Below, piece by piece: positions 16,558 to 24,043 of a stretch of DNA of 32,000 nucleotides. Numbering within the stretch: the stretch's first letter is position 1; each line of letters opens with the position of its first letter. Made by a program: the position numbers and the translations under genes. Origin of the DNA: Pyrodictium abyssi (GTDB taxonomy: Archaea > Thermoproteota > Thermoprotei_A > Sulfolobales > Pyrodictiaceae); contig NZ_AP028907.1 in assembly GCF_036323395.1 (NCBI RefSeq), positions 750,001-782,000 of the forward strand, given 5' to 3'. The notes under the pieces were generated by a model that saw only the letters and a list, made by a program, of their open reading frames with translations, made no database searches and was not told the DNA's origin.

Positions 16558-16837
16558 GCACCGCCACCTCCGGCCGCGGCCTGGAGAGTAGTATCGGCCG
16601 CTGTGCCTCCAGCTCCCGCTTGAGCAGCTCGATCCTCGCCGCGACCAGCTCCCGGTCAGCGACGGTGTCCACGTCGTCGAGCTGCGGCCTGCCTAGGCGG
16701 TGGCCGCAGCGGGGGCATAGGCCGCCGAACCACGACGCTATCTCTGAGGGCGTCGGCAGCCCGTAGCTGCTCTGCCCCATCCTCCAGTGCACGTACAGCA
16801 CATAGCCGCACTCCCTGCAGCGGTAGACGACTACCAT
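16550..16837 (-). CDS. Zinc-ribbon-like protein
   Basis: MVVYRCRECGYVLYVHW...GGLCPRCGHRLG has two CxxC knuckles. Confidence 0.65.
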   Translation of the reverse strand: MVVVYRCRECGYVLYVHWRMGQSSYGLPTPSEIASWFGGLCPRCGHRLGRPQLDDVDTVADRELVAARIELLKRELEAQRPILLSRPRPEVAVHG

Positions 16838-17058
16838 GCGCAGACCCCCTCCTCGGTCTCCCTTAGCACACCCTCGACGATCAGCTCGAAGACGAGCTTG
16901 CGGAGCCGCTTCTCGCCGACAGGCATCCCCATCCTCCGCAGCTCCCTGTGCAGCTCCCTCCGGGTCATGCAGCGGCGCTGCAGGATGCCGGTTATGGCCT
17001 TGATCAGCTCCTGGTCGCTGGGCGTGGGCACCAGCACCAGCAGAGGCTCGGCCTCCAC
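16831..17058 (-). CDS. Small winged-helix-like protein, 75 aa
   Basis: LIKAITGILQRRCMTRRELHRELRRMGMPVGEKRLRKLVFELIVEGVLRETEEG. Confidence 0.55.
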   Translation of the reverse strand: MEAEPLLVLVPTPSDQELIKAITGILQRRCMTRRELHRELRRMGMPVGEKRLRKLVFELIVEGVLRETEEGVCAW

Positions 17059-17069
17059 TACGTCCCACC

Positions 17070-17339
17070 TCAGCTAGGTCCCACCCAGTCGCTCGGCAGG
17101 CGGACGACGCGCACGCCGTTCCCGTTGCCTATGCTGCGCCACTGCCGGAGAAGCCCGGCAGCCATGACCGACTCGCAGCGCCTCGTGCCGAACAGCTCCT
17201 CCTGCACCAGCCTCTTGACAGCCTCCCTCACAGCGTCGCTCCTATGCTTGAACACCCCGCGCCTCACAAGCTCGTCGAGAGCCTCAGCAAGCATCCCCGG
17301 GATCTTGACGACCACCAGCGTACCGCTCACCACGGTCAC
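17070..17339 (-). CDS. Ribbon-helix-helix DNA-binding protein (GTG start)
   Basis: GTLVVVKIPGMLAEALDELVRRGVFKHRSDAVREAVKRLVQEELFG matches the RHH pattern. Confidence 0.75.
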   Translation of the reverse strand: MTVVSGTLVVVKIPGMLAEALDELVRRGVFKHRSDAVREAVKRLVQEELFGTRRCESVMAAGLLRQWRSIGNGNGVRVVRLPSDWVGPS

Positions 17340-17590
17340 CCCCTGCCTAGGTACTCGAGGATGCTCTTCGTGGACGGTGTGATGGCCCTGGGCTTGTACC
17401 GGTAGCACTTGCCCGTGTAGTAGGTCACCGGCCTCCCGTAGGCCGTGCACCATCCTAGGACGCTGTGGCCGACGCGCTCGCCACGCTCTTGGCGCCACTG
17501 GAGCCACTTCTCCGCCTTGATGATCTGCTCCTCGGAGAGCTGGCTCGCCGGGACGAAGTATTCGCACTTCCTGCAGTCCGCCAGCACCAT
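17336..17590 (-). CDS. Small Cys-containing protein, 84 aa
   Basis: MVLADCRKCEYFVPASQLSEEQIIKAEKWLQWRQERGERVGHSVLGWCTAYGRPVTYYTGKCYRYKPRA has four Cys in CxxC...C...C spacing. Confidence 0.65.
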   Translation of the reverse strand: MVLADCRKCEYFVPASQLSEEQIIKAEKWLQWRQERGERVGHSVLGWCTAYGRPVTYYTGKCYRYKPRAITPSTKSILEYLGRG

Positions 17591-17601
17591 GGCGGCTCAC
17601 C

Positions 17602-17889
17602 CTAGTCGTAGTAGATGACGCCCTCCTCCCGCGCCATGATGCTGTAGACTAGGCGCTCGCTGGCGCCCTCCGGCATGTGCAGGATCTTCTTGCTCCTGCC
17701 CCGGCGGCCGGCGACTACGCGGACCACGGCGTACTTGGCCTTGTTTACGCAGATCTCCCTCGGCTGCTCCTCGCCCTGTATGGTATCCTTCACGATGCCC
17801 GCCGACACGTCCACGATGTAGTATACCGTGCCGCCGCAGCCGCGCCTACCCACACACTCGTTCTCAAAGCAGAAGTACCTATCACCCAT
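17602..17889 (-). CDS. Hypothetical Cys-containing protein, 95 aa
   Basis: Intact ORF in the same operon. Confidence 0.6.
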   Translation of the reverse strand: MGDRYFCFENECVGRRGCGGTVYYIVDVSAGIVKDTIQGEEQPREICVNKAKYAVVRVVAGRRGRSKKILHMPEGASERLVYSIMAREEGVIYYD

Positions 17890-17905
17890 GGCTGCGCCGC
17901 CCCCT

Positions 17906-18178
17906 CTAGCCTAGGACTAGCTGCCGGGCCGGCTCCTCGTGGCGCATGTGCGGCTCCAGGGCCTCGACGCGGCAGTCCTTGGCGCCGCGGGACTGCAGGA
18001 AGTTCTCGAACGCCGCCGCCACCTCCCGGCAGCTCCGCTCCACCCGGGGCAGCCAGCCCCAGACCACGTCCTCGAGGGCGAAGGCCTCGGCGAGGCTCCG
18101 GACCACGGCAGAGCGCAGGCAGCAGCCGCTGACCCGGAGCCGGCAGCCGGCGACCTCGACCACGATCATGGCTGCCAC
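17906..18178 (-). CDS. Hypothetical protein, 90 aa
   Basis: Intact ORF overlapping the upstream gene end by 13 nt. Confidence 0.5.
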   Translation of the reverse strand: MAAMIVVEVAGCRLRVSGCCLRSAVVRSLAEAFALEDVVWGWLPRVERSCREVAAAFENFLQSRGAKDCRVEALEPHMRHEEPARQLVLG

Positions 18179-18348
18179 CTCTTGATCTCATCTACGATTT
18201 CGCGCCCAATCCTCTCCATTAGCTCCGTTAGCTTCTCGACCGCGACCGTCTCGTCCTCCATGACCCAGACGTCGTCCCTCAGCACCACTACATGCGCTTC
18301 GCCTTCGTAGATCTCGATCTCGATTTCATACTTCACCAAGTGAACCAC
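18166..18348 (-). CDS. Hypothetical acidic protein, 60 aa
   Basis: MVHLVKYEIEIEIYEGEAHVVVLRDDVWVMEDETVAVEKLTELMERIGREIVDEIKRW has protein-like composition and no stop. Confidence 0.55.
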   Translation of the reverse strand: MVHLVKYEIEIEIYEGEAHVVVLRDDVWVMEDETVAVEKLTELMERIGREIVDEIKRWQP

Positions 18349-18350
18349 CC

Positions 18351-18899
18351 CTAGGCCGTCGCCTTGGCGGTCTTTGGTGGGAGTGCGCTGGGCAGCTCGG
18401 GGAACCAGTCCTTCATGCGCTGCTCCGCCGCCTTGGCCGCCTCCATTAGCAGCTCCATCGCCTTCTTGCCGAAGTCGCCCAGCTCTATGCCGGCCACATG
18501 CTCCTCGAGCATGTCGCGGACCTCGTCTAGGGCTAGGAGCAGCTCGGGGTCGCCGACCACCGTGAGGTGCCTGCGGATCTCCGCCAGCAGGGCCGCGGCC
18601 GGCGCCAGGCCTAGCCTCTGGTCGCCCCCGTTCACCCAGAGCAGCGTCTCCAGCCGCAGCACGACCCGCTCGAGAGCGTACCTGGCTGCCAGGAGGGCCT
18701 TACACCACCTTCGTAGCTCGGCTATCTCCGCCGCGATGCCCGCCATACGGATGCTGTCGCGCTCCTCGAACGCCTCCATGTAGCGGTCGAACAGCACCTC
18801 ATCCCGATGCTGGATCCTTTCCACTATGCTGTCTATCCTGTTGATCTGGACGCGTAGCCTGTAGATAGCCATGGCTAGACTACGACCAGCCGGCACCAC
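18351..18899 (-). CDS. Hypothetical helical protein, 182 aa
   Basis: Longest ORF at this locus, helix-rich, collinear with the operon. Confidence 0.6.
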   Translation of the reverse strand: MVPAGRSLAMAIYRLRVQINRIDSIVERIQHRDEVLFDRYMEAFEERDSIRMAGIAAEIAELRRWCKALLAARYALERVVLRLETLLWVNGGDQRLGLAPAAALLAEIRRHLTVVGDPELLLALDEVRDMLEEHVAGIELGDFGKKAMELLMEAAKAAEQRMKDWFPELPSALPPKTAKATA

Positions 18900-18901
18900 G
18901 C

Positions 18902-19150
18902 CTAGGCCACCTCCTCCTCCTTGCCGTCGTCACCCTCGTCGTCCTCGGAGACCCGCACCGCGAGCACGATGTCGTAGACGCCGCTGCCCAGCCTCACGCC
19001 GCGCCACGCCATACTGGTCTCGGCCGCGTCCAGCCTCAGAAGCAGGGCCACCAGAGCCTCCGCGACCTCCCGCACCGTAGCATCCACGCCATCCCGCCTA
19101 CCGGACTCCTCGGGCCGCGGCCACACCTTCACGAAGTCGCGAGCCTCCAT
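18902..19150 (-). CDS. Hypothetical protein, 82 aa
   Basis: Intact ORF 2 nt upstream of the next. Confidence 0.5.
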   Translation of the reverse strand: MEARDFVKVWPRPEESGRRDGVDATVREVAEALVALLLRLDAAETSMAWRGVRLGSGVYDIVLAVRVSEDDEGDDGKEEEVA

Positions 19151-19181
19151 CGCCTATCACCCCGCCACAGCCACAGGAACA

Positions 19182-19529
19182 TCACCTCTCCCTGGTCATC
19201 CTCCTGGTCATTGCGCGTAGCTTCTTGCGAAGCTCGCGGATCTCCCGCAGGTTCTGCTCTATCCGCGCGTCTGCAACCACTATCCTAAGGTGGCGGGCGC
19301 ACTCGCGGAGCCTCCCGGTGAACATGCGGGGTACGCCGTCCTCCTCGAGCCTGCCGGCTAGCCGCTCCAGCCTAGCCGCCAGCTCCTCGTACTCCGCCGG
19401 ACGGGCAGACTCCACCTCGCGGCGCAGCCTGCGCAGAACCCCCGCATACTCGGGGCCCATGTCGCGCTCAAGCCTAGCCAGAGTATCCAGGACGTACACG
19501 ACACGCCAACCCCGAGCCACACCAACCAC
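19182..19529 (-). CDS. Hypothetical coiled-coil protein (probable GTG start at 19529)
   Basis: LARLERDMGPEYAGVLRRLRREVESARPAEYEELAARLERLAGRLEED...; the ORF-track start at 19601 lies inside the operator palindrome. Confidence 0.55.
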   Translation of the reverse strand: MVGVARGWRVVYVLDTLARLERDMGPEYAGVLRRLRREVESARPAEYEELAARLERLAGRLEEDGVPRMFTGRLRECARHLRIVVADARIEQNLREIRELRKKLRAMTRRMTRER

Positions 19530-19586
19530 CCCCGACACGCCTGGGCTTCCCTCGGGGCCCCCGGGGCCGGGGCCCCAGGGACGCGT

Positions 19587-19622
19587 TGTTTCTAGAAACA
19601 TATTTATGTGTTTCTAGAAACA
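19587..19622. promoter_or_regulatory. Divergent promoter with two identical 14-bp operators flanking a TATA-like box
   Basis: TGTTTCTAGAAACA at 19587-19600 and 19609-19622, with TATTTATG between, between divergent genes. Confidence 0.8.
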
Positions 19623-19644
19623 TCCCGGGAGTGGGTGCCTGGGT

Positions 19645-20661
19645 GTGCGGAGGTTCCGTGTCGAGCTGCCGGAGGGCTGCATGTTTGAGGCGACCGGGGT
19701 TGTTTGCAATGATCCTAGGGCCGCCGAGTCCTTCGTGAGGAGCGCACTGTGGGCCGCGGGGCTCGCGGGGATTGATGCCGAGCTTTGCTCTGGCCGCGGC
19801 CGTGACGTGCCGGAGGCCGCCCTAGACCCAGAGCTGGCCAAGCGGATCCTGGAGAAGGTGGCCCATCTCGAGGACGAGAACGCCAAGCTGAGAGCAGAAC
19901 TAGAGACCTGGCGCGAGGTCGGGAGCAAGGTTCTCTCCAGGATCGAGGAGGCCTTGAGGGAGACGGAACTCGCAGAGGAGGCGGGGGAGCTGGCCCGGGA
20001 GCTGGCGCGGCTCCGAGAGGCCTTGGCCCGCGCCCTCTCCTCCCTGGCCGCGGCCGGGGAGGAGATAGAGAAGTGGCGCAGCGCCTGGCTCTGCTACTAC
20101 GTGACACCGCACGAGGAGCCCCTGGCGTTCAAGAGAGAGTACCCGGATGGGCTGCCGAGGCTCGCCAGGGAGAGGCACAAGGAGCTTGCCCGGAGGGTGA
20201 AGGTTCTCCGGGAGCGCTGGTACCGGGAGCTGTGGGGGCTTCCCCTTGTACGCCTCGGCAAGGTCTACATAGCGTTTAGCGAGGCCGCGGCCCGGAGCTT
20301 CATCCGCAAATACGGCGAGATCTTCGAGCCGATAGTCAAGCAGCTCCGCGGCCTGGGCTACAGGACACAGGCAGCCTGCGAGTGTATACCGATACGCATG
20401 CTCCCCGAGCAGGCAGTAGAGTTCCTCCGGAAGGAGATCGAGGAGACTAGGAGGGAGCTGGCGCTCGCGGAGGCGAAGGTGCTAGAGCATAAGGCCGCGG
20501 CCAGAGGAAGCGCGCTACAACACCAGCTCGACAAGATACGCCGGTTGAGGAAGAGGCTCCAGCAGCTCGAGAGCCTGCTACGCCAGCTACAGCGCAGCCA
20601 GCCCAGCGGGGCCCGAAAGCTTCCGGTACTGGCCGCGGCCAGGGGTGAACCGAGGGCTTAA
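19645..20661 (+). CDS. Coiled-coil hypothetical protein, 338 aa
   Basis: Two heptad-rich regions separated by a possible globular domain (WLCYYVTPHEEPLAFKREYPDG...LGLPLVRLGKVYIAFSEAAARSF). Confidence 0.7.
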   Translation: MRRFRVELPEGCMFEATGVVCNDPRAAESFVRSALWAAGLAGIDAELCSGRGRDVPEAALDPELAKRILEKVAHLEDENAKLRAELETWREVGSKVLSRIEEALRETELAEEAGELARELARLREALARALSSLAAAGEEIEKWRSAWLCYYVTPHEEPLAFKREYPDGLPRLARERHKELARRVKVLRERWYRELWGLPLVRLGKVYIAFSEAAARSFIRKYGEIFEPIVKQLRGLGYRTQAACECIPIRMLPEQAVEFLRKEIEETRRELALAEAKVLEHKAAARGSALQHQLDKIRRLRKRLQQLESLLRQLQRSQPSGARKLPVLAAARGEPRA

Positions 20662-20694
20662 GAAGTAATCCCTGTCAGGAGATAGGATGGGGCC

Positions 20695-20877
20695 ATGCCG
20701 GGGCGGGTGTTCGAGTATAGCACGGGGGAGCCTCTGGATCCCAAGCGGCTACTGGAGATGGTGGATGCTGGCATAAGCCCGAGCGCTGTCGAGGCGCTGA
20801 CCGAGACGATGGAGGTGCTGGACTACCTGGCCGAGGCCGAGAACCTCCGCATCTGGATCCGGGTTGAGAAGCAATGA
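20695..20877 (+). CDS. Hypothetical protein, 60 aa
   Basis: Intact ORF overlapping the start of the next gene (ATGA overlap). Confidence 0.55.
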   Translation: MPGRVFEYSTGEPLDPKRLLEMVDAGISPSAVEALTETMEVLDYLAEAENLRIWIRVEKQ

Positions 20878-21503
20878 CATACGACCGGCAGGAGAAGAAG
20901 AGCAAAGCGCTACAGGCGCAGAACCAGGTCCACGTAACCATAGCCAGGCTTCTCCGCCACACCAAGGAGAGAGTGTACCCGCTGCTCCGGTACCAGTTCC
21001 ATAGGACGGACGATGAGCGCGTAGGAGTCTGGACGGTGGATCTCCCGGACGGGAAGAACATTACGCTGGCCACGTACGCGACGACTGAGGCGTCTAGGCC
21101 GCTCACATGGCGGCGTATAGTGCAGAAGCTGAAGAGGATGCGTAAGCATGTAGCCAAGCACGCCCCGCCGGGGGCCGACGTCTTCCTCTTCATTCTACGG
21201 GCCGAGGAGGGGGTCCGCGCTACTCTCCCGGCCTACCGTAGGCTTGCAGAGGAGCACATCAAGATAGTCTCGCCGGGCGAGGTAGTCGAGATCCTAGTAG
21301 AATACATACTGAAGCGCGTCAAGGGCTTTGTTAGGAAGGCTAAGGAGAAGAGATTCGTATACTTCGGGGATGTAGCCGACCTAATACGCGTACTCTTCCT
21401 GGTCCTCGCCGCGCTAGCCCCTCCCAGTGTGCTTAACCATGCTTCCCTATGCCGCGAAGTCGCCTCCGTGACGCAGTCCAGGCGCGTCTCACTACCCTGT
21501 TGA
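20874..21503 (+). CDS. Hypothetical basic protein, 209 aa
   Basis: Intact ORF with a Lys/Arg-rich helical centre. Confidence 0.6.
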   Translation: MTYDRQEKKSKALQAQNQVHVTIARLLRHTKERVYPLLRYQFHRTDDERVGVWTVDLPDGKNITLATYATTEASRPLTWRRIVQKLKRMRKHVAKHAPPGADVFLFILRAEEGVRATLPAYRRLAEEHIKIVSPGEVVEILVEYILKRVKGFVRKAKEKRFVYFGDVADLIRVLFLVLAALAPPSVLNHASLCREVASVTQSRRVSLPC

Positions 21504-22233
21504 TCATCCCGGTTCTAGACGCAGCCGGGAGTATGCACCCACTCCTGCTCATTTTCAATTCTTATACCAGGCCGCGGCCCGGTCTCCTTAACAGCCAGCC
21601 TAACGTATTCTCTAGCAAACTATAGGATTCACTGCAGCCGAAGACTTCTGGCTCAGGCCGCGGCCAGAGGCTATATCTAGCCTCTAGTCCCCAGGCCGCG
21701 GCCTGGGGCGGGTGGTTGCAGCACCCACACCTTCGCATGCTCTGAAGGCAGACTATGACAGGTTCGCATTACGGCAGGGTAAACTGATACACGTAGGTTC
21801 AACCAGACCAGAACCTATGCAGTATACGACCCAGCAGTTAGCCCCGGGCCCTTCTGGATTCGAATGAAAGCTGAGCCTCATCGCCTGCCTGCAGGCTAAT
21901 CAGCAGCTCGGAGTCCATCGATCCTATAGAATATAATTATAGAATTTTCTTTCTCTCATAAGCATCTTAGTATGTAGCATTGCGCTGGAGATGTTCTTTC
22001 CCGGGATTCTTTCCCGGCAGCTCCTCTTCCCGCCTCTTCTGCCTGGGCCGCGGCCCGGAGGCGTGGTTGTGAAGAGGTATTACAGCCATATAGGGCTGTG
22101 TGGCGTATGCGGCTACAGGGGGTGAACGGGACGTGGCGGTTGCGGAGGCTTCTGGGCCACAGGCCCTTGCTAGGAGCCTGGCTGAGGCGCTGGACCGGGC
22201 GCTGCCCTGGAGAGAGCCCAGGAGTACTTCGAG

Positions 22234-22647
22234 GTGCTGAGAACCTACCTCGAGAGGAGCGTAGCACTACTAGCCGAGGACTATAAGAAGTATGCCCGGA
22301 TATACTGGGAGACGTTACCCGACTACGTGAAAGCACTAGCCGAGGGCGTCTACCTCTACATATCGAGAACCGCCCTAGACAGTAAGGCTCCCTTTGTCGT
22401 AGAGTATGACGTGCTAAGGGAGTTCATTGAAATGGCTGCTGAGGGCAAGTACTCCAGGCCCAGGGATATACACAGCATAATCAAGAGAAGAATCAGCGAT
22501 CTTGTCCGCCCAGACTCCTACGGCAGAACCCTTGAAGAGATAGGCATAGCGGTTACAGTGGACTCCGGGGGCAAGATAAAGATAAGCGTGGAACCAGATG
22601 TGCTGCTCCGCTTTATGAACAATGTGGACCTCGGCGATATAGGCTAG
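22234..22647 (+). CDS. Hypothetical protein, 137 aa (N-terminus possibly truncated by a frameshift)
   Basis: VLRTYLERSVALLAEDYKKYARIYWETLPDYVKALAEGVYLYI...; in-frame upstream extension LERAQEYFE back to about 22186. Confidence 0.6.
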   Translation: MLRTYLERSVALLAEDYKKYARIYWETLPDYVKALAEGVYLYISRTALDSKAPFVVEYDVLREFIEMAAEGKYSRPRDIHSIIKRRISDLVRPDSYGRTLEEIGIAVTVDSGGKIKISVEPDVLLRFMNNVDLGDIG

Positions 22648-22703
22648 GTGCTGCTCACGTTTCCCTCCGAAGATGTCGCTCTCCCATGTTCTGCTGCCTG
22701 AAT

Positions 22704-22983
22704 GCGACCTGCATGCGACTCTATAGCGACCGAAAGGCGACCTAGGAATTGAACATGATTTGTAGGCTGCGAGGGAATGATTCAGCACCTTCAGAGCGGA
22801 ATTCCCGCGCGACCTGTCCCCCTGTACAGACTCTCTCCCGCGCGGGGACCCACACAGACCCGTCTGGAGCGAATTCCATCCCATACTACAGATTACATGA
22901 AAGCTATTCTCTCCGAAGGTGTAGAATCTGATGAGTCGCTATCAGGTCGCTATGAGGTCGCGTTTCAGTCGCATGCAGGTCGC
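22704..22983. repeat. Inverted pair of iteron arrays, 4 + 4 copies of GCGACCT-like repeats at 11-bp period
   Basis: Left arm 22704-22743 and right arm 22944-22983 are inverted complements over a 17-nt exact stretch (gcgacctgcatgcgact / agtcgcatgcaggtcgc) plus two further spaced units. Confidence 0.85.
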
Positions 22984-23015
22984 GCTTATATAGGGGTGGT
23001 TCGCAACCCGAGTCA

Positions 23016-23288
23016 ATGCTCAAGGAGGATGTGTCCGACATAGCCCCGGGCCGCGGCCTGGGCGCTGGCCGCGAAGCTCTTAACAGGAGACGTGGGCATA
23101 TCTCCTGTGGGGAGCGTTGGTCTAGGATCGCCGAGGACCAGCAGGGGTTGTGGCCTGTGTGGCTGCGTGTAGTGGTTCTCGGGGAGGCGGTGGTCTCCGC
23201 GTACTTCGCGGGGATAAGCGCGGCCCTGGCCGCGGCCGCGCTGCTGCTCCCACCGCTGCTCATCTGCCGCATCCCCTCGAAGCGGTAG
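23016..23288 (+). CDS. Hypothetical protein with C-terminal hydrophobic segments, 90 aa
   Basis: ORF with LRVVVLGEAVVSAYFAGISAALAAAALLLPPLLI. Confidence 0.4.
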   Translation: MLKEDVSDIAPGRGLGAGREALNRRRGHISCGERWSRIAEDQQGLWPVWLRVVVLGEAVVSAYFAGISAALAAAALLLPPLLICRIPSKR

Positions 23289-23309
23289 GCACAGGAAGGG
23301 TGGTGGCTC

Positions 23310-23528
23310 TTGCCCCGGGCGAGGCTGGCCGTGGTGGTTGGGATTGCGGCTCCGCTGGTGCTCGCCTATCTCGCCGGCGTGGCCGCGATGGAGGCGGCGG
23401 AGGCTGTACTCGGCGGCGATGTGCTGGGCGCAGCTGTGGCAGCCGTCGCCGAGGCGGTGCTGGCCTGTGCGGCCGCCCTCGCACAGGCCAGGCACGCTCT
23501 AGATCCGTCTGCCCCCGGTAGACGCTAG
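23310..23528 (+). CDS. Small membrane protein, 72 aa
   Basis: LAVVVGIAAPLVLAYLAGVAAMEAAEAVLGG... AVLACAAALAQA. Confidence 0.45.
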   Translation: MPRARLAVVVGIAAPLVLAYLAGVAAMEAAEAVLGGDVLGAAVAAVAEAVLACAAALAQARHALDPSAPGRR

Positions 23529-23717
23529 AACGGCTATAGCTACAAGGATGGGTATTGCGCCGGCACCAGCTATGGCGAGCTTCACGAGCCTCGGATCATG
23601 CGGCCCGCTCAGCGCGACGAGCAGAACAAACACAAGGAATAGCGCAACAGCGGCAAAGACGCCGGCAAACCTACTGAGCCGCCGCAGCAACCTAGCCCCC
23701 CGAAACCAGAGCAGCAT
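23499..23717 (-). CDS. Small two-TM membrane protein, 72 aa
   Basis: FAGVFAAVALFLVFVLLVALS... LAIAGAGAIPILVAIAVLAS; upstream neighbour ends 3 nt away. Confidence 0.55.
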   Translation of the reverse strand: MLLWFRGARLLRRLSRFAGVFAAVALFLVFVLLVALSGPHDPRLVKLAIAGAGAIPILVAIAVLASTGGRRI

Positions 23718-23719
23718 GC

Positions 23720-23935
23720 CTAGGCCGGAGCAGCCGCCGGCGCAGCAGCTTTCTTCCTCGGCCTTAGTACCAGGACCTTCTCGCCGCCACGCCTCTCGAC
23801 ACGCAGCTCAAACTCTATATCATCATCTGGGGTTACGCCTAGTTCCTCTAGCGCTCTAACGGGTATGTGCATTAGAGGATAGTAGTAGCGTTTCCTTCCG
23901 CGCTTAACCGTCCTCCAGCTCGCCTTTACCAGCAT
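23720..23935 (-). CDS. AbrB/SpoVT-like small DNA-binding protein
   Basis: RKRYYYPLMHIPVRALEELGVTPDDDIEFELRVERRGGEKVLVLRPRKK; ATG at 23935 preferred over 24007. Confidence 0.6.
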   Translation of the reverse strand: MLVKASWRTVKRGRKRYYYPLMHIPVRALEELGVTPDDDIEFELRVERRGGEKVLVLRPRKKAAAPAAAPA

Positions 23936-24043
23936 TACTTCTCCCTGTGTGTCTCTCTGCCGGGTGTTCTGCTTTGAGGCTTGTGCCATGGCCGCGGCCT
24001 GTGCCAAACCGTATCACCGGTGCGCGGTGGGTGGGGCGGGTTG

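Noticed and set aside
16550-17068. 172-aa minus ORF as a single gene
   Set aside because: The N-terminal half overlaps the winged-helix-like gene in a different frame; the zinc-ribbon start at 16837 is more credible.
17070-17600. 176-aa minus ORF as a single gene
   Set aside because: The N-terminal half is the shadow frame of the 17336-17590 gene; the RHH domain begins at GTG 17339.
22904-23272. Minus-strand 122-aa ORF and the 22749-22931 and 22777-23043 plus ORFs over the iteron arrays
   Set aside because: Their translations have the composition of unconstrained sequence and cross the inverted repeat arms; treated as non-coding.
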